Shown here in pieces: positions 56,301 to 63,672 of a stretch of 64,000 nt of DNA. The notes under the pieces are model-generated. The model was not told the DNA's origin and searched no databases. It was given only the letters and a program-made list of their open reading frames with translations. The translations under genes were made by a program, and so were the position numbers. The stretch is from contig JAGYKL010000004.1 in the NCBI GenBank assembly GCA_018401705.1, positions 37,810-101,809 of the forward strand. Direction: 5' to 3'. The first letter of the stretch is position 1. Every line of letters starts with the position of its first letter. This stretch comes from Bacteroidia bacterium. Its GTDB lineage: Bacteria > Bacteroidota > Bacteroidia > M30B66.

Positions 56301-57741
56301 TACAATTGTAGTTGAGGAAGCTCCTGAAGCTGATTTCGTAGGACTAGCTGCAACTTATTGCCCAGGAGCTGATGATGTTGTTTTGACAGGAATTCCTGCT
56401 GGTGGAACATTCAGCATTGAACCATCTATTGAAGGTGCAATTGCTGGAAATATATTTATTCCAAGTGTTTGTGCACCTGGTACTTACGAAATTACTTATG
56501 TAGTTTCAGTAGGCTCTAGTTCTTGTGCAGGTTCAATAACTCAAACTGTTGAAATACTTGACAGTCCTGTAGCTACAATTGATGCACTTCCTGCAGCAAT
56601 TTGTACTCAGGATGATGTTATCACTCTTTCAGGAACACCTGTTGATGGAACATTTAGCGGAATGGGAGTTGTAGATAATACATTTAATCCTATGATGGCA
56701 GGAGCTGGACTCGTAACAATCACTTACACTGCATCAGTAGAAGGATTTGAGTGTCCTGCAGTAGTTAATGCTGACATTCAAGTTAATCCTTCTCCAATAG
56801 TATCAATTGGTGGAATCTCTGGGGATTATTGCTTAAACTCTAACTCTGTTGTTCTTCAAGGATTACCAGCTTTAGGAACATTCTTTATTGATGATGTTGA
56901 ATCAGCTGATGGAATATTTAATCCAGCAGATGCAGGTTTAGGAGCGCATACTATTCGTTATGAATTTGATAATGGCACTTGTGTAGGCTTCAGTGAGATA
57001 ACTGTAAATGTTATAGATAATCTCACATTAACGTTCGATGGAACTCCAACAGAGGTTTGTTCTGAAGATGATCCTTTCTTGATTCAAACTTCTCCTGCTG
57101 GAGCTACTTTGTCAGGTTTAGGAGTATTTGGAAGCACATTCAGTCCTAAAGTTGCAGGCCCTGGTTCACACATTATTACAGCTAATTACAGCAGTGGTAA
57201 TTGTTCAGTTACATCCACACATACTATTGTTGTAAATGCATCTCCAGCAGCCTCGTTCACATACAATGTCAACGGCGCAACAGTTTCATTCAATAACTCT
57301 TCTTTGAATGCAACAAGCTACACTTGGGACTTTGGTGATGGTGAAACAAGCACATCTGTTAATCCAACACATACTTATGCAACTAATGGTTCATATATAA
57401 TCACTCTAACGGCCTCAAACCCTGATTGTGGAAACTCAGTATTCACTGCTGAGCTTGAACTTTCTGTTGGAATTGGTAGTATTGATGGAGTGGATATGAT
57501 TCAACTGTATCCAAACCCTACTGGAGGAATGATTAACTTGGTTTTCAATTCATTAAACCAGCAATCATTTGAAGTTCGTATAACTGATGCTACTGGTAGA
57601 TTAATTCAGGTTGATGCTCTTACCAATTATGTTGGTAAATTCAACAAGCAATATGATCTTACTGATAAAGCAAAAGGTGTGTACTTCTTTAGTATAGCTT
57701 CAGATAAAGGTTCTATCAACTTTAGAGTTGTAAGAGACTGA
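47356..57741 (+). CDS. giant (~3460 aa) multidomain cell-surface protein, T9SS cargo (C-terminal sorting domain)
   Basis: Signal peptide. Two GEVED-type modules (GETEDYSVNF; GEVEDYTIIV). A proprotein-convertase P-domain-like region. 11 FN3-like and 8 CUB-like modules. Ig-like repeats. A PKD domain (WDFGDGETS). The terminal Por/T9SS C-terminal domain (YPNPTGG...GVYFFSI...). The start is set at the ATG at 47356 (MKNIYKNLITLTLLLL). Confidence 0.8.
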   Translation: MKNIYKNLITLTLLLLGSISLQAQCPYNNSLYVSIGAPSTIGASVGEECIFPGEYIRVTGMQAGSTYRISTCNSTDVADTRVTVYAQGGAGGALTFNDDFCGLLSRVDFTPTSDGGYDILVDQTGPGNTCESGTECVDLSITLIGTSGSTDYCIPTYTFGTANGDFINGVNLESIDNQNSGSVGGPAYSDFTNLSTNLSSSTSYTLSVRNNPDYTEIVSAWIDYNQDFQFSEDERLGQVTISANQTGLINFTTPANVLPGETRLRVRMVFSVPTSGGLVSACGSSSVGETEDYSVNFSSNNPPPPPGALSFQTSCGLGLAIQDNACPNYTLATVEVGGLTSLGSNHILSSAEIIVSHAMAADLDIYLEGPDGTIVELSTDNGGAGADYGIYTISDCSQTALFSMGASTPIAGSLAPFVGSYIPEGDLNDFNQGTNPNGFWRLRVCDDFSGDAGVIQYVKLNFELNATEPPACAENFNVTDGAGNIALDQQLSWSAGAGNPTAYDVFFGTDENNLTLVSENQTETTYNPGALDPATNYFYQIVPSNNAGAAVGCAVISFTTVADDVTTILMSNGQSTTCNANFFDSGGPNGNTALGGIEPFVYTIFPDAPNSAVQVNFSSFELGDFDLFGIADGEDGNAEVVYFYPINNLDAPGTITATNPSGALTFVFQADPFVTQPGWAASITCVPFGSVPNCVESSTPANGSLSVPLNTQLNWVAGSGEPTGYDIYFGTDVNPPLVASDVAVTTFNPGVLINETTYYYQIVPTNASGAATDCPINSFVTEVSAGNVVLISDGTASLCEGFFYDSGNSSGDYSSGEDFELTITPDSPNSAIEVEFSSFSVEEEFDVLTVYSGTGTSGLVLGTLTGNVVTPLSFTSVSPDGALTFVFTSDFQVTSTGWQATISCVEPLTAPGCVTPISPLDGAVGVPVSGSIASWAPGAGGDVLTYDLFFGTDELNLSLVSDDQAESVFNLPDLENNTIYYWLVVPSNLVGSPSDCPIFSFRTAIAIEVPSCAEIVSPADGATDIPVSGSVASWAAAAGGDAPDSYDLFFGTDSGNLTLVSDNQVETTFSLPDLDFSTEYFWQVVPSNEAGEAVNCPIVSFTTVADVQAPACAEIVSPADGAIAVPVSGSSAEWTAGLGDAPDTYDLYFGTDSGNLTLVSDNQTETTFNLPTLDFATEYFWQVVPANSAGEAVGCPIVSFTTEEEPIVTDILMQNGSLTVCSGTFTDDGGATANYSNDQNLVLTLTPEIPGNVLQVNFSSFVLEDNFEFLTIYDGNSVAEPLIGTFTDVDSPGSIVSSAADGSLTFEFVSDASLNFAGWVAEVSCIDPNAAPECAINLSPADGQTEVSVLPSLTWTNGGGVVVGYDVYFGTDPENLVLVSASQAETTFLPGDLDLNTTYYWQIVPVGASASSEGCAVLSFVTEVNPSVLMQDGSISICSANFFDAGGIDGNYPLDVDQTLTITPDQPGNLLQVTFTSFELENTWDFLTIFDGNSTAAPIIGAFTGTAPGGTVPTGPILSTAADGSLTFNFTSDASTTLSGWSAIVECINPNAVAECAQNFVPADASTEVSPAALNLTWSPGASIVTGYDVYFGTDPDNLVLVSENQIGSSFSPSDLDLNTTYYWQIIPINENGAAVDCIVNSFTTSSVLDIVMSNTTVTTCDANFFDSGNLALNYGNDEDLTLTIFPDQPGNAVQVNFSSFDIEENFEFLTIFDGNDNTAPVIGVFSGDVDGGIIPVGPITSSAADGSLTFNFTSDVSLNFAGWQASISCVSAEEVPGCITNASPLDAAIDVDVTTILNWSAGSGVTLGYDVFFGTDSENLVLVSDDQTATSFDPGQLELNTTYFWQVVPFNSSGSAVDCPVLSFTTASEINLVMFNGEVTLCEGNLFDSGGPDANYQSNEDFTLTVFPSTPGALIQAEFISSAIENGFDNLDIYSGSSVTGTPDLTLTGTVLPPVLVSSAADGSLTFNFTSDISVAQAGFEILLTCFIPVEAPSCSENYFPADQEPAAPLNTVLSWSGVGFPTGYNVLFGTDPDNLVEVASSIGNNTFNPGPLDPLTTYYWQIVPFNDLGSADGCPVLSFTTAESAVVNMFTGEVSTCFAEFYDPQGPDANYENNQFNTLTVFPDAADNVVRVTFSSFVVENNFETLTIFSGATATGAPIATLTGTIAGPVSFTSSSTDGALTFVWESDTSVTNPGWEAVLECVSTTEIPGCTTNPVPADGALDVSSTLATLSWGLGSGIAFGYDVYFGTDPDNLVLVSPDQVETTFNPGQLDLNTTYYWQVVPSNDAGEATGCPINSFTTGGSIDILMSNATVTTCSANFFDSGNNTGNYQNNEDFTLTIFPDAPGNSIQVTFTSFNIENTWEFLTVFDGNSTAAPILNTFTGNAAAGTGNTPNAPITSSAADGSLTFNFTSDTSFNFDGWEAVITCIDATQVPACIAYTQGPADGSTDICINEALLAWTPGAGAPPTAYDVYFDFGGGLILVSDDQTEASFDPGTLSPNTTYSYQVVPSNTNGEAVDCPVITFTTGTCLNYCDAVATNCDEFIADVQMGNINNPSDCTPGGYNDYTDQSTDVYIGTSTAITVVNGSLQWPQDLLGIWIDWNQDGTFDDANETITVNGSPGVGPYTADIIPPVDAVLGSTRMRIRVTFGGVLDPCGTTTFGEVEDYTIIVNEALACPFPNNIVSSETTTSSTVITWDEVIDALEYQIRYRLVSEDETAATWTTPIVVPAPLTFTFLENLIICENYILQIGSVCEEGATDIVFSSNVSFGTRCIDCLPEYTLEGEDCGTDVNGGCNSTPSAFGQINCGETICGTSFFDGATRDTDWYNFDVAEEGVFQLSILAEFDGTILFADASDCANITVPSQANFSAGQNFTFASTLTPGTWTVIILPIFEQAVFDCSSFNGYTLTLSSGETQIAPTGDVCETTAPFNLFAIPAGGTWSGDGIADADNGTFDPSSVGVGSYVVTYTPDGAGCSVADSITIVVEEAPEADFVGLAATYCPGADDVVLTGIPAGGTFSIEPSIEGAIAGNIFIPSVCAPGTYEITYVVSVGSSSCAGSITQTVEILDSPVATIDALPAAICTQDDVITLSGTPVDGTFSGMGVVDNTFNPMMAGAGLVTITYTASVEGFECPAVVNADIQVNPSPIVSIGGISGDYCLNSNSVVLQGLPALGTFFIDDVESADGIFNPADAGLGAHTIRYEFDNGTCVGFSEITVNVIDNLTLTFDGTPTEVCSEDDPFLIQTSPAGATLSGLGVFGSTFSPKVAGPGSHIITANYSSGNCSVTSTHTIVVNASPAASFTYNVNGATVSFNNSSLNATSYTWDFGDGETSTSVNPTHTYATNGSYIITLTASNPDCGNSVFTAELELSVGIGSIDGVDMIQLYPNPTGGMINLVFNSLNQQSFEVRITDATGRLIQVDALTNYVGKFNKQYDLTDKAKGVYFFSIASDKGSINFRVVRD
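48751..54945 (+). repeat. intragenic array of diverged ~280-bp FN3-like and ~330-bp CUB-like coding repeats
   Basis: Recurring ...YDVYFGTD..NL.LVS..Q.ETTF.P..LD.NTTYYWQVVP.N..G.A..CPV.SFTT (11 copies) alternate with ...C.ANFFDSGG..GNY.N.ED.TLTI.PD.PGN..QV.F.SF..E...DFLTIFDGNS.AAP.IG.F.G....I.S.A.DGSLTF.F.SD.S....GW.A...C (8 copies). Confidence 0.65.
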
Positions 57742-57761
57742 TTTAATTAAGTGACAATGTC

Positions 57762-57796
57762 AAACGGCGGCTAAGGTTATCCTTAGCCGCCGTTTT
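57762..57796 (+). terminator. rho-independent terminator for the giant gene
   Basis: aaacggcggctaagg / ttat / ccttagccgccgtttt followed by gtttt. Confidence 0.65.
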
Positions 57797-57812
57797 GTTT
57801 TAAGAGGACGTA

Positions 57813-57851
57813 AAAAAAGCGCCGGTCAAATATTTTTGACCGGCGCTTTTT
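57813..57851 (-). terminator. rho-independent terminator for adk (second hairpin of a tandem pair)
   Basis: aaaagcgccggtcaaa / tattt / ttgaccggcgcttttt. T-runs on both strands. Confidence 0.6.
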
Positions 57852-57872
57852 ACAAATAAATATTTCGCTTAT

Positions 57873-58442
57873 TTATTGGCCAATTCCATTTTTAATTGAG
57901 CTAGCAATTTGACTGATAGTACCAACTCCATTTATAATGACCAATTTACCTTGTGTGTCATAATATGAAGCTACTGCAGCAGTTTTAGTGTTGTATTCTC
58001 TTATTCTGTTATGAATAATGTTTTCATCTTTATCATCACTCCTGCCAGAGTCCTTGCCTCTTAGTAATAACCTTTTCACCAATTCTTCTTCAGGTACTTG
58101 TAATGAAAGCATAGCAGTAATTGATTCTCCATGTTGGTTGAGAAGCGAATCAAGTGCTTCTGCCTGCGGAATTGTTCTTGGAAAGCCATCAAAAATAAAA
58201 CCTGCAGCATTTTGATTTGCCGTTAGTTTATTCTCAATCATGCCAATTACAACACTATCTGGAACTAAATCTCCTTTGTCCATTAGCGATTTTGCTTTTA
58301 ATCCAAGCTCTGTTCCTTCTGCAATCTCACCTCTTAAAAGATCTCCCGTTGATAAGTGAATTAACTTGTATTCTTCAACCAGAAATGCTGATTGAGTTCC
58401 TTTCCCTGCGCCTGGAGGGCCAAATAGTACAATATTTAACAT
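57873..58442 (-). CDS. adk: adenylate kinase
   Basis: P-loop GPPGAGKGTQ. The short form (189 aa) has no zinc lid. Confidence 0.9.
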   Translation of the reverse strand: MLNIVLFGPPGAGKGTQSAFLVEEYKLIHLSTGDLLRGEIAEGTELGLKAKSLMDKGDLVPDSVVIGMIENKLTANQNAAGFIFDGFPRTIPQAEALDSLLNQHGESITAMLSLQVPEEELVKRLLLRGKDSGRSDDKDENIIHNRIREYNTKTAAVASYYDTQGKLVIINGVGTISQIASSIKNGIGQ

Positions 58443-58445
58443 AGT

Positions 58446-58988
58446 TTATTTTATTTGATAAATGTGTGGTAAATTCCTGCCAAAACCATTAAGGTCAAGT
58501 CCATAACCGACAACAAATTTTTCAGGAATTTCAAAGCAAATATAATCCACCTCAATCCTTTCTTTTAAAGCTTCAGGCTTTAAAAGAAGGGTCGCTATTT
58601 CAATAGATGCGGGGTTCATATTTTGAAGCTTCTCCAATAGCATCTTCATCGTTAATCCTGTATCAACGATGTCTTCAATAATGATTATATGTCGATTGCT
58701 GATATCGGTGTTCAAGCCTACAAGCTGTTTTACCTCGCCTGAAGAATTCATCCCATCGTAAGATGATAGCTTAACAAAACTTATCTCACATTGTACTTCT
58801 ATCTTCTTTAAAAGATCGGAAGTAAACATAAAAGCCCCATTAAGCACACTTATAAACAAAGGTTTTGTGCTTTTATGTTTCATGTTGATTTTTGTCGCAA
58901 CCCTTTGTATCTCTTTTAAAATCGCTTGATCTGAGAGGTATATCTCAAAGGTTTTTCCTTCTAATTCTACTTTGTTTGTCATCGGCAT
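58446..58988 (-). CDS. hpt: hypoxanthine-guanine phosphoribosyltransferase
   Basis: PRPP-binding motif IIIEDIVDTGLT. The start is chosen at an internal ATG (MPMTNK), because the track ORF overlaps the purK upstream region. Confidence 0.85.
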   Translation of the reverse strand: MPMTNKVELEGKTFEIYLSDQAILKEIQRVATKINMKHKSTKPLFISVLNGAFMFTSDLLKKIEVQCEISFVKLSSYDGMNSSGEVKQLVGLNTDISNRHIIIIEDIVDTGLTMKMLLEKLQNMNPASIEIATLLLKPEALKERIEVDYICFEIPEKFVVGYGLDLNGFGRNLPHIYQIK

Positions 58989-59031
58989 GCCAAAAATAGG
59001 AATTTCTGAAGGGCAGATGGTATATTTGACC

Positions 59032-60183
59032 ATGCCAAATTTAAATAATTACATTCCTTCACTAGGTATACTAGGAGGGGGACAATTAGGTAGAATGCTT
59101 CTCCAAGAAGCAATTAATTGGGACGTGCATGTTTCTGTTTTGGACCCCGACCCCAATTGCCCCTGTAATTCAATTGCCAATGTCTTTCAAAATGGAGATT
59201 TTAAAGATTATAATGCTGTTCTGAATTTTGGAAGAACTGTTGATATACTAACCATTGAGATTGAGCAGGTAAATTCACAAGCTCTGCATCAATTAGTTAA
59301 AGAAGGAGTAGAGGTGTATCCGCAACCCCATATTCTGGATATGATAAAAGACAAAGGACTTCAGAAAGAATTCTATAAATCCAACGGAATTTTAAGCTCA
59401 GAGTTCTGCCTTGTTAACTCAAAAGAGGATTTGAATAATCTTAATGAAAGCTGGTTTCCCTGTTTTCAGAAGGCTAGAAAGGATGGTTATGATGGTAAAG
59501 GCGTTCAACGTTTAAATTCTAAGGCAGATTTACATTTAGCTTTTAACATACCTTCGGTTATTGAGAAGGGTGTAAATCTTCAAACAGAGTTTGCAATAAT
59601 TGGATCAGGAAATGGAAAAGGTGAATGTGTTTTGTACCCATGCGTTGATATGGAATTCCACCCTGAGGCTAATCTTGTTGAGTTTTTAAGAATGCCAGGG
59701 AAGGTTGAAAATAAATACGTTAAGGAAGCGGAGGGTATTGTGAAGAAGATTTTTTCATTGACTAAGCTTCGAGGATTACTTGCAGTGGAATTTTTTCTTG
59801 ATGTGAATGGAAATGTCTTAGTTAATGAGATGGCTCCTCGACCTCATAATTCTGGGCATACTACCATTGAAGGTAATTATTGCAGTCAATTCGAACAACA
59901 CTTAAGATCTGTGTTAGGCTGGCCCGCTGGTAGCACAGAAACTATTCTGCCAGCAGTTATGATAAATTTGCTTGGTAGTACTGAGCATACTGGAGATGTT
60001 ATTTATTCTGGTTTAACAGACATTTTGAAAAGTGAAGGAGTATTTGTGCACCTTTACGGAAAATCTACTACTAAGCCTTTCAGAAAAATGGGGCACATTA
60101 CGATCTTGGGTAAAACGTTAAACGAGGCTCGCACCAAAGCTTTGAGCGTAAAATCAAAAATTAAAGTCATCAGTAAGAATTAG
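59032..60183 (+). CDS. purK: N5-carboxyaminoimidazole ribonucleotide synthase
   Basis: ATP-grasp. LGILGGGQLGRML N-terminal motif. The ATG at 59032 is preferred over the track start at 58972. Confidence 0.85.
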   Translation: MPNLNNYIPSLGILGGGQLGRMLLQEAINWDVHVSVLDPDPNCPCNSIANVFQNGDFKDYNAVLNFGRTVDILTIEIEQVNSQALHQLVKEGVEVYPQPHILDMIKDKGLQKEFYKSNGILSSEFCLVNSKEDLNNLNESWFPCFQKARKDGYDGKGVQRLNSKADLHLAFNIPSVIEKGVNLQTEFAIIGSGNGKGECVLYPCVDMEFHPEANLVEFLRMPGKVENKYVKEAEGIVKKIFSLTKLRGLLAVEFFLDVNGNVLVNEMAPRPHNSGHTTIEGNYCSQFEQHLRSVLGWPAGSTETILPAVMINLLGSTEHTGDVIYSGLTDILKSEGVFVHLYGKSTTKPFRKMGHITILGKTLNEARTKALSVKSKIKVISKN

Positions 60184-60188
60184 GAAGC

Positions 60189-60710
60189 ATGAGCACATTG
60201 GTTAGTATAGTAATGGGAAGTAAAAGTGATTTGAATATTATGCAAGAAGCTGCTGAATATTTGGAGCTATTAGAGGTCCCATTTGAAATGAATATAGTTT
60301 CAGCTCACAGAACACCAGATAGGATGTTTGATTTTGCAAGAAATGCTCGCTCAAGAGGTGTTAAAGTAATTATTGCAGGGGCAGGAGGGGCGGCACATTT
60401 ACCAGGAATGATTGCTTCTCTTACTTCTTTACCTGTGATTGGTGTTCCTATAAAATCAAGGAATTCCATAGACGGCTGGGATTCTGTGCTTTCAATTTTA
60501 CAAATGCCAGCTGGAGTGCCAGTGGCTACTGTTGCTCTAAATGGAGCTGCCAATGCTGGCATTCTTGCAACACAAATAATTGCCGCATTTGATGATAAAA
60601 TTGCTGCTAATCTTAATCATTTTAAAACTAGCTTGAAGGATAAGGTTCTAAGTACAGCGTCATATACAATGATGGATAAGTTTAAATTTCAGGATAAAAA
60701 CGTTATTTAA
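60189..60710 (+). CDS. purE: N5-carboxyaminoimidazole ribonucleotide mutase
   Basis: IVMGSKSD...SAHRTP...AGGAAHLPGM signature. 173 aa. Confidence 0.9.
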   Translation: MSTLVSIVMGSKSDLNIMQEAAEYLELLEVPFEMNIVSAHRTPDRMFDFARNARSRGVKVIIAGAGGAAHLPGMIASLTSLPVIGVPIKSRNSIDGWDSVLSILQMPAGVPVATVALNGAANAGILATQIIAAFDDKIAANLNHFKTSLKDKVLSTASYTMMDKFKFQDKNVI

Positions 60711-60757
60711 TTAGGAATAAGGGATTATTTAAAAAGAATCATGTATTTTTCAAGCTA

Positions 60758-61585
60758 ATGAGGAAGCTCTACATCTTTCTAATTTTTGGTTTTTCTTATC
60801 TCGCAACTACTGCAGGTAATGATAATACACCTATTGGAGCTAGGGCTGCAGGCCTTGCAAATGCTGCAGTTACATTGAATGATGTTTGGAGTGCTCATCA
60901 TAATCAAGCCGGTTTAGGCTTTATTAAAGATTTTTCAGCTGGTGCATATTACGAAAGCCGTTTCCTATTGCCAGAATTAGCTCTAGGAGGAGCTGTAGTT
61001 GCTGCCCCATTAAAAAATAATAAAGGAACTTTTGGTTTAAGTTTTAGAAACTTTGGTTATCAACTTTACAGTGAATCTAAGTTAGGGGTTGCATTTGGCA
61101 GAGCACTATCTGACCAGTTAAGTATTGGCGTACAATTAAATTATCATCAAATAAGAATTGCTGATGTTTACGGTAATCGCAGTGTTGTTACAGCTGAAGC
61201 TGGAATCCAATATAAATTAGCCAATAAACTAACGATTGGAGCTCATGTGTTTAACCCAAATAGATCAAAGCTAACTGATTTAGATGCAGATCGTTTGCCA
61301 GCAGTAATTCGCCTTGGGATTAGATATGAATTCTCTGAGAATTTATTTCTCGCTATAGAATCAGAGAAGGACACCTATAATCCAGCTGTTTTCCGTGCCG
61401 GGCTAGAATATCGTATTGCTGAAATCCTTTATTTAAGAGCAGGATTTAATACAAATCCATTGGCTAATTCATTTGGCTTTGGCTTGCTACTTAAGAGGTT
61501 GAGGGTAGATTTCGCAGGTAATTTTCATCCTGTTTTAGGATTTACTCCTCAAACATCATTGACTTATCAATTTAGCAAGAAATGA
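60758..61585 (+). CDS. PorQ/PorV-family-like outer-membrane beta-barrel protein, putative
   Basis: Signal peptide. N-terminal GARAAGLANAAVTLNDVWSAHHNQAGLG resembles the PorV/PorQ/FadL-like N-terminal motif. Amphipathic beta-strand periodicity. Confidence 0.35.
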   Translation: MRKLYIFLIFGFSYLATTAGNDNTPIGARAAGLANAAVTLNDVWSAHHNQAGLGFIKDFSAGAYYESRFLLPELALGGAVVAAPLKNNKGTFGLSFRNFGYQLYSESKLGVAFGRALSDQLSIGVQLNYHQIRIADVYGNRSVVTAEAGIQYKLANKLTIGAHVFNPNRSKLTDLDADRLPAVIRLGIRYEFSENLFLAIESEKDTYNPAVFRAGLEYRIAEILYLRAGFNTNPLANSFGFGLLLKRLRVDFAGNFHPVLGFTPQTSLTYQFSKK

Positions 61586-63672
61586 AGGTTAGTCCCTTAA
61601 TTATCTTTCTATTACTATGTTTTTGCTATAAAACAGTTACAGCTCAGGTTGTTGATGATCCGAGTAACCAAAACACTATAGAGAAAAAGATAGAGAATTT
61701 GGCCGAGAATTCTTCTGAGGATATTGATTACACAAATATTCTTGAGAACCTGGCTTTTTACCAGGAACATCCTCTCGAATTAAATACTGCGCGAGCGGAT
61801 GAATTAGAACTACTACTTCTTCTAAACGACTTCCAAATAGCAAATCTCATTTCACATAGAGATAAATATGGCAAGTTTTTATCCATTTATGAATTACAGG
61901 CAATTGAAGGTTTTGATTTAGGAACGATTTATAGAATTCTTCCATATGTCAAAGTGAGTAGGGACTTAAATCGTTTGAATATCTCTCTTAAAGATGTCTT
62001 TAAATATGCATCAAATGAGTTATTCCTCAGAGTGACACAAAATATAGAGGAACAAAAGGGCTTTTCCCCTGCAACCGAAGAAGAGCTATTAGCAAATCCG
62101 AATTCTAGATTTTTAGGTAGCCCTCAAAGGGTCTTTACAAGATATCGTTTTCGGTATGGCACATATGTTAGTGCGGGTTTTACAGCAGAAAAAGATGCGG
62201 GCGAGGAGTTTTTTAAAGGAAGCCAAAAGCAGGGGTTTGATTTTATGACAGGTCATTTTGCTCTCCGTAATATTGGCAAATTAAAATCGGTTAATATCGG
62301 GGATTATCAAGCTCAGTTTGGTCAAGGTCTCACTTTTTGGTCAGGGTTTGCATTTGGAAAAACGGCTGACGCGATGAATATTAAACGCACAGGACAGGGC
62401 TTACGTCCTTATACTTCTGTAAATGAAAATCTATTTCTTCGCGGTATAGGAACTTCATGGTCACTGGGAAATTTTGAAATTACCGCATTTGGCTCAGACA
62501 AGAAAGTGAATACAAATGCTAATGCAGTTGATTCTTTAAGCCAAGATATTCAGTCGTTTTCTAGCTTTAACCTAAGTGGTTTTCACAGAACGCCTGGCGA
62601 ACTTCAGGATAAAGCAAATTTACGTGAGCAAGTTTATGGTGGACATATTGCCTTTAAAAAGAGGACATTAGAGATAGGCGTGACTGGTGTTAACTATAAC
62701 TACAGCGCCGATTTGCAAAGAAGTAATCAACCTTATAATGAATTTGAGTTTCAAGGCAGGAAGAATACCAATCTAGGATTGGACTATAATTACATTATCA
62801 GGAATTTTAATTTGTTTGGAGAAGTATCCAGAAGTTCAAATGGTTCATTTGCAACCACTCACGGTTTAATAGCAAGCTTAGACCCTAACTTCTCTCTTTC
62901 GGTTTTATATAGAAACTTCAGCAGATCGTACCATACAATTTATTCAGCAGCAATTGGAGAGGGTACCAGAAATATCAATGAGAAAGGAATTTATCTTGGC
63001 TTGCAGGCAAAACCCATAAAATATATAACCGTTTCGGCTTATATTGATAGATGGGAGTTCCCGTGGCTAAGATATTTAGTTGATGCTCCTTCTGGAGGAT
63101 ATGATGGTTTGATTCAAGTGAATTATACTCCTTCAAAAGCAGTAGACATGTATTTTAGATATCGTGATAGGAGCAGAGCCCGGAACGTTTCTGGAATTGA
63201 AACTGTTATTGATTATCCTATTGGTCAATTACAACAGAACTATCGCTTTGATATTGTCTACAAAATATCGCCATCATTTAGACTTAGAAATAGAGTTGAG
63301 TTTGTCAATTTTAGTCAACCTAACGTGGCAAACCAACAGGGGTTTATGATATTGCAGGACGTCGTGTACAAGCCTTTAAGTCAGCCTATCTCGTTTTCAT
63401 TTAGATATGCTTTGTTCGACACCGACGGCTTTAATGCCCGGATTTACGCTTATGAGAATGATGTATTATATTCATTCTCAATTCCAGCATATTCTGACAA
63501 AGGTTCACGAACTTACTTAACTGTGAAGTACGATTTAACTCGAAAAATTGACGTTTGGTTTAGATATGCTCAGTTCTTTTATGCTAATAGAAATTCAACA
63601 GGCTCTGGTTTAACAGCCGTTGATGGTCCTACTCGTTCAGATTACCGAATTCAGGTAAGGATTAGTTTTTAA
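61582..63672 (+). CDS. secreted helix-hairpin-helix (ComEA-like) domain protein with large C-terminal predicted beta-barrel
   Basis: Signal peptide. HhH motif LNTARADELELLLLLNDFQIANLISHRDKYGKFLSIYELQAIEGF. The rest is rich in alternating aromatic/hydrophobic dyads (RYRFRYGTYV, FSFRYALF, VWFRYAQFFYA) and ends ...VRISF, a terminal aromatic typical of OM barrels. ATGA overlap with the upstream gene. Confidence 0.45.
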   Translation: MKVSPLIIFLLLCFCYKTVTAQVVDDPSNQNTIEKKIENLAENSSEDIDYTNILENLAFYQEHPLELNTARADELELLLLLNDFQIANLISHRDKYGKFLSIYELQAIEGFDLGTIYRILPYVKVSRDLNRLNISLKDVFKYASNELFLRVTQNIEEQKGFSPATEEELLANPNSRFLGSPQRVFTRYRFRYGTYVSAGFTAEKDAGEEFFKGSQKQGFDFMTGHFALRNIGKLKSVNIGDYQAQFGQGLTFWSGFAFGKTADAMNIKRTGQGLRPYTSVNENLFLRGIGTSWSLGNFEITAFGSDKKVNTNANAVDSLSQDIQSFSSFNLSGFHRTPGELQDKANLREQVYGGHIAFKKRTLEIGVTGVNYNYSADLQRSNQPYNEFEFQGRKNTNLGLDYNYIIRNFNLFGEVSRSSNGSFATTHGLIASLDPNFSLSVLYRNFSRSYHTIYSAAIGEGTRNINEKGIYLGLQAKPIKYITVSAYIDRWEFPWLRYLVDAPSGGYDGLIQVNYTPSKAVDMYFRYRDRSRARNVSGIETVIDYPIGQLQQNYRFDIVYKISPSFRLRNRVEFVNFSQPNVANQQGFMILQDVVYKPLSQPISFSFRYALFDTDGFNARIYAYENDVLYSFSIPAYSDKGSRTYLTVKYDLTRKIDVWFRYAQFFYANRNSTGSGLTAVDGPTRSDYRIQVRISF

